From the NCBI GenBank assembly GCA_000004985.1, contig GG739060.1: DNA of 8,551 nt; one strand, 5' to 3'. The position numbers and the translations under genes were made by a program. A model generated the notes under the pieces. That model had not been told where the DNA came from, did no database searches, and worked only from the letters and a program-made list of their open reading frames with translations. Below are positions 1 through 8,205 of this stretch, piece by piece (the first letter of the stretch is position 1; each line of letters starts with the position of its first letter). The DNA is from Naegleria gruberi. Taxonomy: Eukaryota.

Positions 1-73
1 TTGATTATTCAAAGATACTACCATATTAGAAGCTTCAATAGCTGTAGAATTGAATAAAGTTTGAATTGACTTG

Positions 74-832
74 TCATCCACANGTTTTGAAAATTAAAAG
101 TAAAGTTGATTTCATGTCAGCAGTCTTGTTTTTAAATTCATTAATCACAGCTGAGTGACTTGGTTCATCAACATATCCTGTATAGACATGTTTCAACACC
201 ACAGCATTTGAACTTTCGAATAGAGAAGTGACCTTTCCAACAGCAATTAAAATATCAGTTGCCTTTGTACTAGCAGTTGCAAATGCAGCAATTGCAACAC
301 CTGCCAAAACCAACAAACCAATAACAGTAACCAACATTCCCAATAAACAAGCCAATTTCATTGAAGTCAACTCAACCACACCACAACATGTACGTAAAGT
401 AATTTTACTCTGACTAAATGAACTACCTGATTTACCACTTTCACTTGGTTGTCCAAAACCTACTTGAGATTGTCCAAGTTTCGTATTACCATTCACAGCA
501 CTACCAGATTGAATCGTAACTTGTTTCTTTCCATTACTATTATTATTAATATTATTACTACTATTACCAGTGATACTTGTTCCTCCATTTGTTTTGTTGG
601 GATTATTAGGATTGTTGGTAATGAATGTATTTGTGTTCGGTGGTGTAAATTGATATTGTTGATGTTGAGTGGTTGGTTGTTGTTGTTGTTGTTGTAGTGG
701 AGGAGATGATGAAGTTGAAGCCAATTCTATTGAAGTGGGGTTTGTTGTGTTAATAATATTGTTGGAATCATGACTGTTGGAGAGTATTATTGGTGGTGGA
801 GAGGTGGATGTCTCCGGAGAGGTTGTATTCAT
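74..832 (-). CDS. Hypothetical Ser/Thr/Pro/Asn/Gln-rich single-pass membrane protein of 252 aa. It has an N-terminal low-complexity region with a Q6 tract, a juxtamembrane Cys-Cys, one TM helix and a short C-terminal tail.
   Basis: The ATG is at 830..832 on the minus strand, directly downstream (in minus sense) of a >85% AT region at 833..1070. There is an uninterrupted 252-codon ORF to a TGA at 74..76. Gln is encoded by (CAA)6, seen as (TTG)6 at 677..694 on the plus strand, and Asn by AAT runs. A 28-residue hydrophobic stretch MKLACLLGMLVTVIGLLVLAGVAIAAFA is encoded at about 275..358, and RTCCG lies immediately N-terminal to it. Position 83 is an ambiguous base; the codon is ACN (Thr), so the frame is unaffected. 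The overlapping plus-strand ORFs 228..413 and 449..697 are antisense artefacts. Confidence 0.55.
   Translation of the reverse strand: MNTTSPETSTSPPPIILSNSHDSNNIINTTNPTSIELASTSSSPPLQQQQQQPTTQHQQYQFTPPNTNTFITNNPNNPNKTNGGTSITGNSSNNINNNSNGKKQVTIQSGSAVNGNTKLGQSQVGFGQPSESGKSGSSFSQSKITLRTCCGVVELTSMKLACLLGMLVTVIGLLVLAGVAIAAFATASTKATDILIAVGKVTSLFESSNAVVLKHVYTGYVDEPSHSAVINEFKNKTADMKSTLLLIFKXCG
677..694. repeat. (TTG)6/(CAA)6 trinucleotide microsatellite encoding Gln6 in the 74..832 gene.
   Basis: Six perfect tandem TTG units on the plus strand at 677..694, with a seventh at 673..675 after a 1-nt interruption. Confidence 0.9.
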
Positions 833-1070
833 GATAATGATAATTTAATAAATTATTATATATATATATTATTATTTGTATTATTATTATTAATCTAGAT
901 TTAAAAGATATATTTGATGATGATTTTATATTATTAAAATATAATAAATAAATATTTGATGATCATCGTGATGATGATGATGACGGAGATAAATCCGATG
1001 ATGATGGCGCGATTTTGTGTTGGTTTATACTGTTAAATATTAACTAAAAACCTACCACGAGTTTTATCTA
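833..1070 (-). promoter_or_regulatory. AT-rich 5' flank/promoter region of the 74..832 gene, containing (TA)n TATA-like runs.
   Basis: The region is >85% A+T, with 'tatatatatat' at about 859..870 and homopolymer/oligo-A/T tracts, immediately upstream (minus sense) of the ATG at 832. It is interrupted by the GAT-repeat/GC island at 958..1013. Confidence 0.4.
958..1013. repeat. Imperfect GAT/ATC trinucleotide tract ending in a GGCGCG island, embedded in AT-rich promoter DNA.
   Basis: The sequence is gatgatcatcgtgatgatgatgatgacggagataaatccgatgatgatggcgcg, with ggcgcg at 1006..1011. It is non-coding in context; no ORF reaches the track threshold. Confidence 0.6.
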
Positions 1071-1072
1071 TA

Positions 1073-1351
1073 TTGTTAAATGTTTGGCAGTTGTGCAATT
1101 ACTACTGTTGTGTTGTTGGTGTGTTGGCTTGGACTTTTCTTTGGAGTCTGACGAGGTTGTTGCATGTTGAATGGTTTGATAACCTAGAAGAGCATGGCTT
1201 GTCATTTTATGGACAGTTGATGGGAATTAAGTTTCGAATAAGTATGAGAAAGTTTGGGAATTGGTTTACTAATTGGACGGCAATGATGGATTGTGAAGAA
1301 TTTCGGATGAGATTTGTGAATGGCTTTTGCTTATTTGCATGTTTCGAATAA
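1073..1351. other. Compositionally anomalous non-coding block. It is G+T-rich and C-depleted on the plus strand, so CA-rich on the minus strand. It lies 240..520 bp upstream of the 74..832 gene. It is a candidate CA-rich regulatory region or ncRNA, and probably not a CDS.
   Basis: A+T is only about 60%, against >85% in the flanking intergenic DNA. Cytosine is roughly 8% of plus-strand bases. The track ORF 1073..1351 starts at TTG (there is no ATG), encodes a Trp/Cys/Phe-rich peptide atypical of the neighbouring genes, and has no third-position A/T bias. The minus strand reads ...ccaagccaacacaccaacaacacaacag... Confidence 0.35.
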
Positions 1352-1522
1352 TCGTGCAACTTTCTTCAAAAAAAAATAGATAAAGAAAGAGTCTAACAAA
1401 TCGAAACAGGTACCTGTTTAAAGAGTGTTATCATCGCAGTTATCTTTGGTACGATATTTGGATAAAAATCATTGTAGTTCGATTGTAATAAGTTTGTAAT
1501 GAATATTTCGAATACCAAATAA

Positions 1523-1528
1523 TTTATT
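1523..1528 (-). terminator. AATAAA polyadenylation signal for the 1537..1785 gene fragment.
   Basis: Plus-strand tttatt is AATAAA on the minus strand, 9 nt 3' of the TAA stop. Confidence 0.4.
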
Positions 1529-1536
1529 CTAAACCC

Positions 1537-1785
1537 TTATTGATATTTATGCAATTCAGGATCTTTCAACAACCTTTCCATGTGCTCTCTCCACAAACTC
1601 AATTGAATAACTAAACTACCCTTCTCAACACCTTCCACAATTTTGAACACGCCATCCAAAATTGTTGGAATTTCACCAACGAAAATTGGACTTTCGTTTG
1701 AGAATTTCAAATCGAATAGATTGAATGCAACCCATGAGGTGGCGAAAACATCAGTTCCAAATAGGACATGCATGTCTGATGGTCT
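1537..1785 (-). CDS. C-terminal 82 codons of a gene whose 5' portion lies in the assembly gap; product unknown.
   Basis: The minus-strand frame is open from the gap edge (1785) to a TAA at 1537..1539. It encodes ...RPSDMHVLFGTDVFATSWVAFNLFDLKFSNESPIFVGEIPTILDGVFKIVEGVEKGSLVIQLSLWREHMERLLKDPELHKYQ*, a balanced, globular-looking composition. An AATAAA polyadenylation signal lies on the minus strand at 1523..1528, 9 nt after the stop. The opposing plus-strand frame has no ATG until 1779, and the track's 'M' there is a TTG. Confidence 0.5.
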   Translation of the reverse strand, partial: RPSDMHVLFGTDVFATSWVAFNLFDLKFSNESPIFVGEIPTILDGVFKIVEGVEKGSLVIQLSLWREHMERLLKDPELHKYQ

Positions 1786-4700
1786 NNNNNNNNNNNNNNN
1801 NNNNNNNNNNNNNNNNNNNNNNNNNNNNNNNNNNNNNNNNNNNNNNNNNNNNNNNNNNNNNNNNNNNNNNNNNNNNNNNNNNNNNNNNNNNNNNNNNNNN
1901 NNNNNNNNNNNNNNNNNNNNNNNNNNNNNNNNNNNNNNNNNNNNNNNNNNNNNNNNNNNNNNNNNNNNNNNNNNNNNNNNNNNNNNNNNNNNNNNNNNNN
2001 NNNNNNNNNNNNNNNNNNNNNNNNNNNNNNNNNNNNNNNNNNNNNNNNNNNNNNNNNNNNNNNNNNNNNNNNNNNNNNNNNNNNNNNNNNNNNNNNNNNN
2101 NNNNNNNNNNNNNNNNNNNNNNNNNNNNNNNNNNNNNNNNNNNNNNNNNNNNNNNNNNNNNNNNNNNNNNNNNNNNNNNNNNNNNNNNNNNNNNNNNNNN
2201 NNNNNNNNNNNNNNNNNNNNNNNNNNNNNNNNNNNNNNNNNNNNNNNNNNNNNNNNNNNNNNNNNNNNNNNNNNNNNNNNNNNNNNNNNNNNNNNNNNNN
2301 NNNNNNNNNNNNNNNNNNNNNNNNNNNNNNNNNNNNNNNNNNNNNNNNNNNNNNNNNNNNNNNNNNNNNNNNNNNNNNNNNNNNNNNNNNNNNNNNNNNN
2401 NNNNNNNNNNNNNNNNNNNNNNNNNNNNNNNNNNNNNNNNNNNNNNNNNNNNNNNNNNNNNNNNNNNNNNNNNNNNNNNNNNNNNNNNNNNNNNNNNNNN
2501 NNNNNNNNNNNNNNNNNNNNNNNNNNNNNNNNNNNNNNNNNNNNNNNNNNNNNNNNNNNNNNNNNNNNNNNNNNNNNNNNNNNNNNNNNNNNNNNNNNNN
2601 NNNNNNNNNNNNNNNNNNNNNNNNNNNNNNNNNNNNNNNNNNNNNNNNNNNNNNNNNNNNNNNNNNNNNNNNNNNNNNNNNNNNNNNNNNNNNNNNNNNN
2701 NNNNNNNNNNNNNNNNNNNNNNNNNNNNNNNNNNNNNNNNNNNNNNNNNNNNNNNNNNNNNNNNNNNNNNNNNNNNNNNNNNNNNNNNNNNNNNNNNNNN
2801 NNNNNNNNNNNNNNNNNNNNNNNNNNNNNNNNNNNNNNNNNNNNNNNNNNNNNNNNNNNNNNNNNNNNNNNNNNNNNNNNNNNNNNNNNNNNNNNNNNNN
2901 NNNNNNNNNNNNNNNNNNNNNNNNNNNNNNNNNNNNNNNNNNNNNNNNNNNNNNNNNNNNNNNNNNNNNNNNNNNNNNNNNNNNNNNNNNNNNNNNNNNN
3001 NNNNNNNNNNNNNNNNNNNNNNNNNNNNNNNNNNNNNNNNNNNNNNNNNNNNNNNNNNNNNNNNNNNNNNNNNNNNNNNNNNNNNNNNNNNNNNNNNNNN
3101 NNNNNNNNNNNNNNNNNNNNNNNNNNNNNNNNNNNNNNNNNNNNNNNNNNNNNNNNNNNNNNNNNNNNNNNNNNNNNNNNNNNNNNNNNNNNNNNNNNNN
3201 NNNNNNNNNNNNNNNNNNNNNNNNNNNNNNNNNNNNNNNNNNNNNNNNNNNNNNNNNNNNNNNNNNNNNNNNNNNNNNNNNNNNNNNNNNNNNNNNNNNN
3301 NNNNNNNNNNNNNNNNNNNNNNNNNNNNNNNNNNNNNNNNNNNNNNNNNNNNNNNNNNNNNNNNNNNNNNNNNNNNNNNNNNNNNNNNNNNNNNNNNNNN
3401 NNNNNNNNNNNNNNNNNNNNNNNNNNNNNNNNNNNNNNNNNNNNNNNNNNNNNNNNNNNNNNNNNNNNNNNNNNNNNNNNNNNNNNNNNNNNNNNNNNNN
3501 NNNNNNNNNNNNNNNNNNNNNNNNNNNNNNNNNNNNNNNNNNNNNNNNNNNNNNNNNNNNNNNNNNNNNNNNNNNNNNNNNNNNNNNNNNNNNNNNNNNN
3601 NNNNNNNNNNNNNNNNNNNNNNNNNNNNNNNNNNNNNNNNNNNNNNNNNNNNNNNNNNNNNNNNNNNNNNNNNNNNNNNNNNNNNNNNNNNNNNNNNNNN
3701 NNNNNNNNNNNNNNNNNNNNNNNNNNNNNNNNNNNNNNNNNNNNNNNNNNNNNNNNNNNNNNNNNNNNNNNNNNNNNNNNNNNNNNNNNNNNNNNNNNNN
3801 NNNNNNNNNNNNNNNNNNNNNNNNNNNNNNNNNNNNNNNNNNNNNNNNNNNNNNNNNNNNNNNNNNNNNNNNNNNNNNNNNNNNNNNNNNNNNNNNNNNN
3901 NNNNNNNNNNNNNNNNNNNNNNNNNNNNNNNNNNNNNNNNNNNNNNNNNNNNNNNNNNNNNNNNNNNNNNNNNNNNNNNNNNNNNNNNNNNNNNNNNNNN
4001 NNNNNNNNNNNNNNNNNNNNNNNNNNNNNNNNNNNNNNNNNNNNNNNNNNNNNNNNNNNNNNNNNNNNNNNNNNNNNNNNNNNNNNNNNNNNNNNNNNNN
4101 NNNNNNNNNNNNNNNNNNNNNNNNNNNNNNNNNNNNNNNNNNNNNNNNNNNNNNNNNNNNNNNNNNNNNNNNNNNNNNNNNNNNNNNNNNNNNNNNNNNN
4201 NNNNNNNNNNNNNNNNNNNNNNNNNNNNNNNNNNNNNNNNNNNNNNNNNNNNNNNNNNNNNNNNNNNNNNNNNNNNNNNNNNNNNNNNNNNNNNNNNNNN
4301 NNNNNNNNNNNNNNNNNNNNNNNNNNNNNNNNNNNNNNNNNNNNNNNNNNNNNNNNNNNNNNNNNNNNNNNNNNNNNNNNNNNNNNNNNNNNNNNNNNNN
4401 NNNNNNNNNNNNNNNNNNNNNNNNNNNNNNNNNNNNNNNNNNNNNNNNNNNNNNNNNNNNNNNNNNNNNNNNNNNNNNNNNNNNNNNNNNNNNNNNNNNN
4501 NNNNNNNNNNNNNNNNNNNNNNNNNNNNNNNNNNNNNNNNNNNNNNNNNNNNNNNNNNNNNNNNNNNNNNNNNNNNNNNNNNNNNNNNNNNNNNNNNNNN
4601 NNNNNNNNNNNNNNNNNNNNNNNNNNNNNNNNNNNNNNNNNNNNNNNNNNNNNNNNNNNNNNNNNNNNNNNNNNNNNNNNNNNNNNNNNNNNNNNNNNNN

Positions 4701-6357
4701 NNNNNNNNNNNNNNNNNNNNNNNNNNNNNNNNNNNNNNNNNNNNNNNNNNNNNNNNNNNNNNNNNNNNNNNNNNNNNNNNNNNNNNNNNNNNNNNNNNNN
4801 NNNNNNNNNNNNNNNNNNNNNNNNNNNNNNNNNNNNNNNNNNNNNNNNNNNNNNNNNNNNNNNNNNNNNNNNNNNNNNNNNNNNNNNNNNNNNNNNNNNN
4901 NNNNNNNNNNNNNNNNNNNNNNNNNNNNNNNNNNNNNNNNNNNNNNNNNNNNNNNNNNNNNNNNNNNNNNNNNNNNNNNNNNNNNNNNNNNNNNNNNNNN
5001 NNNNNNNNNNNNNNNNNNNNNNNNNNNNNNNNNNNNNNNNNNNNNNNNNNNNNNNNNNNNNNNNNNNNNNNNNNNNNNNNNNNNNNNNNNNNNNNNNNNN
5101 NNNNNNNNNNNNNNNNNNNNNNNNNNNNNNNNNNNNNNNNNNNNNNNNNNNNNNNNNNNNNNNNNNNNNNNNNNNNNNNNNNNNNNNNNNNNNNNNNNNN
5201 NNNNNNNNNNNNNNNNNNNNNNNNNNNNNNNNNNNNNNNNNNNNNNNNNNNNNNNNNNNNNNNNNNNNNNNNNNNNNNNNNNNNNNNNNNNNNNNNNNNN
5301 NNNNNNNNNNNNNNNNNNNNNNNNNNNNNNNNNNNNNNNNNNNNNNNNNNNNNNNNNNNNNNNNNNNNNNNNNNNNNNNNNNNNNNNNNNNNNNNNNNNN
5401 NNNNNNNNNNNNNNNNNNNNNNNNNNNNNNNNNNNNNNNNNNNNNNNNNNNNNNNNNNNNNNNNNNNNNNNNNNNNNNNNNNNNNNNNNNNNNNNNNNNN
5501 NNNNNNNNNNNNNNNNNNNNNNNNNNNNNNNNNNNNNNNNNNNNNNNNNNNNNNNNNNNNNNNNNNNNNNNNNNNNNNNNNNNNNNNNNNNNNNNNNNNN
5601 NNNNNNNNNNNNNNNNNNNNNNNNNNNNNNNNNNNNNNNNNNNNNNNNNNNNNNNNNNNNNNNNNNNNNNNNNNNNNNNNNNNNNNNNNNNNNNNNNNNN
5701 NNNNNNNNNNNNNNNNNNNNNNNNNNNNNNNNNNNNNNNNNNNNNNNNNNNNNNNNNNNNNNNNNNNNNNNNNNNNNNNNNNNNNNNNNNNNNNNNNNNN
5801 NNNNNNNNNNNNNNNNNNNNNNNNNNNNNNNNNNNNNNNNNNNNNNNNNNNNNNNNNNNNNNNNNNNNNNNNNNNNNNNNNNNNNNNNNNNNNNNNNNNN
5901 NNNNNNNNNNNNNNNNNNNNNNNNNNNNNNNNNNNNNNNNNNNNNNNNNNNNNNNNNNNNNNNNNNNNNNNNNNNNNNNNNNNNNNNNNNNNNNNNNNNN
6001 NNNNNNNNNNNNNNNNNNNNNNNNNNNNNNNNNNNNNNNNNNNNNNNNNNNNNNNNNNNNNNNNNNNNNNNNNNNNNNNNNNNNNNNNNNNNNNNNNNNN
6101 NNNNNNNNNNNNNNNNNNNNNNNNNNNNNNNNNNNNNNNNNNNNNNNNNNNNNNNNNNNNNNNNNNNNNNNNNNNNNNNNNNNNNNNNNNNNNNNNNNNN
6201 NNNNNNNNNNNNNNNNNNNNNNNNNNNNNNNNNNNNNNNNNNNNNNNNNNNNNNNNNNNNNNNNNNNNNNNNNNNNNNNNNNNNNNNNNNNNNNNNNNNN
6301 NNNNNNNNNNNNNNNNNNNNNNNNNNNNNNNNNNNNNNNNNNNNNNNNNNNNNNNNN
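1786..6357. other. Assembly/scaffold gap: 4572 consecutive N.
   Basis: The sequence is literally n from 1786 through 6357. Track ORFs 1537..6474(-), 1643..6940(+) and 1725..6398(+) exist only because N-codons translate to X. Confidence 0.99.
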
Positions 6358-6358
6358 T

Positions 6359-6829
6359 TGTTTTAATGTGTTTAGAATTGATAGTAATGGTGATTTAATT
6401 CCTCCCTCCACCAAGTTCTCCCAAAGAAAATTAGAGTTTCTTTCTAATATTAAGGACTTTTTGATGAAAACCACAGGTGGAATGGCTCGTATTGGCTATC
6501 TTAGTAGGAAGGATCCAAGTGCTTCTGGTACTTGCTTTTATTTACTTCCCGATGTTGTAATTACCAACTCCCACGTTGTGAATACAGATCAAACCCCTTT
6601 CGTTTATAAAGGAACCTTTGAGGAAGCATCTAATGGTTATTTACAAAAGTTGAATCCTATTGAAAGAAAATTGCTCTTCTCTGGATCAGCCTTGCAGAAT
6701 GGAATAAGGAAATATAACCACTCCGTAACACGAGCACATTTCCCAAGTGTGGATGATGCTTATGTGGATCCAATACTTTCTTTGAGAGGAGATTTTGGAT
6801 ATCTGTGGAAATGTTTTTCCCGTATTTTT
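6359..6829 (+). CDS. Chymotrypsin-fold serine peptidase (Trypsin_2/HtrA-like): 5' exon(s) carrying the catalytic-His box. It is 5'-truncated by the gap and its 3' boundary is unresolved.
   Basis: The plus-strand frame is open from the gap edge. It encodes ...GMARIGYLSRKDPSASGTCFYLLPDVVITNSHVVNTDQTPF..., matching the G-[ST]-G-F...D...I-[IV]-T-N-[AS]-H-V-V His box of HtrA/DegP-type proteases. The His codon CAC is at 6572..6574. After about 6835 the frame translates into I/L/K/F/Y-rich AT-rich sequence typical of an intron (KEILNLILSEIKILFIILVLIDVFYKILFY*). The true donor site therefore lies somewhere in 6720..6850. Confidence 0.5.
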
Positions 6830-7222
6830 GCAATGCTCCTTACAAAAAAGGAAATATTAAATTTAATACTTAGTGAAATAAAAATATTATTTATTATTCT
6901 TGTTCTAATTGATGTTTTCTACAAGATTCTGTTTTATTGAATATCAGTTATTTGTATTAACCAAGAAAACATGCTCGTCTTACTACCACATATGAAAATT
7001 TTGAAATCACTTTTCTCGATAAGTAAAGAGCCAAATCCGTAACAAACTTGATATTATGATTGTTAACATAATTAATAATGACCATACGGTATGTTTCTCT
7101 AACATCCAGTGTTGTTATTGAGATATGCTTTGTTGAAGTTGAGTGAATTTGCTTAAGTAATAAATCGGTGTTATTGGCGCATCCAATTACCCCTACAGGT
7201 AAATCAGCTTTGGGAGCATTCC

Positions 7223-8035
7223 ATGTTTTTTGGGAGCATCACAAAAATGCGCCGAGAACCTGACCACAGATATATGGATGTTTCCTTGCACCAACTGAAA
7301 TACCTATCCAAGAATTTAGAAAAGTCAAAAGTACTAATGATACCGTGTCCTACACTCCTTCAAGTTTCGGATCTTGTCTTCACTATGCATTATCCAGGGA
7401 TCGAGGGATACCAATTTTCCAACCATAAAAGAGGAGAATGTGCAAACTATTTTAATTGGGCTCCCAACGACAATGTTGTTTCTAATTTGTTTCATGGTTT
7501 TGGAAAGCTATGTATTAGTACAGGTAAAGTATTGGCCCCATACGCAGAAATGAAAGATGAAAATGGAAACAATATTTGGGCTCCAAACACTTCACATCAA
7601 TACACATCTCTTAATTCTGATTTCCTTATAACAAATGAATCTGTAATGATGGGTTCTTCTGGTGGTTGTGTACAATCCCATGCTTGTGAGGTTGATGAGA
7701 TTAATGGTGTGACATTGGTAGAGTTTCACGCCATCCATTTTGGAGGCGAATTTGTTAAATGTAAGAATTGCTTAAAGCACATCAAACAACAAATGAATGT
7801 TAATGATGAATATCCATCTTTATTCCAAGGTTTACCTCGAGAATGGAACTTTTGCACAGATTGTCAAAATGGAATAGAACCTTCAAAAATGGTATACAAT
7901 TACTCTGTGTCTGTCCATCATCCATTGTTCAAACAGGTCTACAAGAAATTAATTTTGCCAGATTTGTTGAATGTGTTGAATATTGATTTGTCAGACAATA
8001 GATTAGAACGATTGAGACAATATTTAGATAGTTGA
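7223..8035 (+). CDS. Same serine peptidase gene: 3' exon carrying the catalytic-Asp box, the GSSGG catalytic-Ser motif, and a C-terminal Cx2C-(27)-Cx2C zinc-ribbon. The exon may begin upstream of 7223 (the frame is open from 7157; a candidate acceptor lies at about 7198 or 7207).
   Basis: This exon is in the same frame as the His exon (both phase 2). YMDVSLHQLKYL (Asp codon at 7278..7280) fits the hydrophobic-D-[IV]-[AS]-L-L-K-L Asp box. TNESVMMGSSGGCV (Ser codon at 7658..7660) is the GxSGG motif. It is followed by NGVTLVEFHAIHFGG, which fits the G-x-V-I-G-I-H-S-x-G substrate-pocket strand. CKNC is at about 7759..7770 and CTDC at about 7853..7864. The stop codon TGA lies at 8033..8035, and AATAAA signals follow at 8200..8205 and 8309..8314. 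Confidence 0.6.
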   Translation: MFFGSITKMRREPDHRYMDVSLHQLKYLSKNLEKSKVLMIPCPTLLQVSDLVFTMHYPGIEGYQFSNHKRGECANYFNWAPNDNVVSNLFHGFGKLCISTGKVLAPYAEMKDENGNNIWAPNTSHQYTSLNSDFLITNESVMMGSSGGCVQSHACEVDEINGVTLVEFHAIHFGGEFVKCKNCLKHIKQQMNVNDEYPSLFQGLPREWNFCTDCQNGIEPSKMVYNYSVSVHHPLFKQVYKKLILPDLLNVLNIDLSDNRLERLRQYLDS

Positions 8036-8199
8036 AAAGCTTCAAAGCTGCAGTCAGGTTGATTTGCATGCAATCTGAAATATGTCGCATGACTCAAGTG
8101 ATTATTCACCAATTCAATGAACAATATTCAATATTCGTGATTTGAATCAACAGCTTGATTAACAAGCTTATGAGAAACATAATGGTGGTGGAATTAATC

Positions 8200-8205
8200 A
8201 ATAAA
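8200..8205 (+). terminator. AATAAA polyadenylation signal candidate for the peptidase gene. A second candidate lies at 8309..8314 followed by A8.
   Basis: aataaa lies 165 nt after the stop at 8035. A second aataaaaaaaa lies at 8309..8319. Both are in the sense orientation. Confidence 0.35.

Noticed and set aside
228-697. Plus-strand ORFs 228..413 and 449..697.
   Set aside because: They lie antisense within the 74..832 gene. The first mirrors the hydrophobic TM segment, and the second is the low-complexity mirror of the N/Q-rich region including the TTG repeat. These are typical shadow ORFs.
1073-1351. 92-aa ORF as a protein-coding gene.
   Set aside because: It starts at TTG with no ATG, and has Trp/Cys/Phe-rich composition and codon usage unlike neighbouring genes. 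It is better explained as a strand-skewed non-coding region and is kept as a finding.
6358-6474. Minus-strand N-terminus 'MVFIKKSLILERNSNFLWENLVEGGIKSPLLSILNTLKQ' of the gap-spanning ORF.
   Set aside because: It is antisense to the strongly supported His-box exon of the peptidase and has no independent support.
1537-6940. Three giant ORFs (1645, 1765 and 1557 aa) spanning the window centre.
   Set aside because: They are produced by translating 4572 N as X. Only their short real ends carry information, and those are reported separately.
7087-7108. 'gtatgtttctctaacatccag' as a complete mini-intron.
   Set aside because: At 21 nt it is far below any plausible spliceosomal intron length. It probably lies inside the larger unresolved intron.
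7939-8124. 61-aa minus-strand ORF.
   Set aside because: It overlaps the 3' end of the peptidase CDS in antisense and runs into its AT-rich 3' UTR. It has no features of its own.
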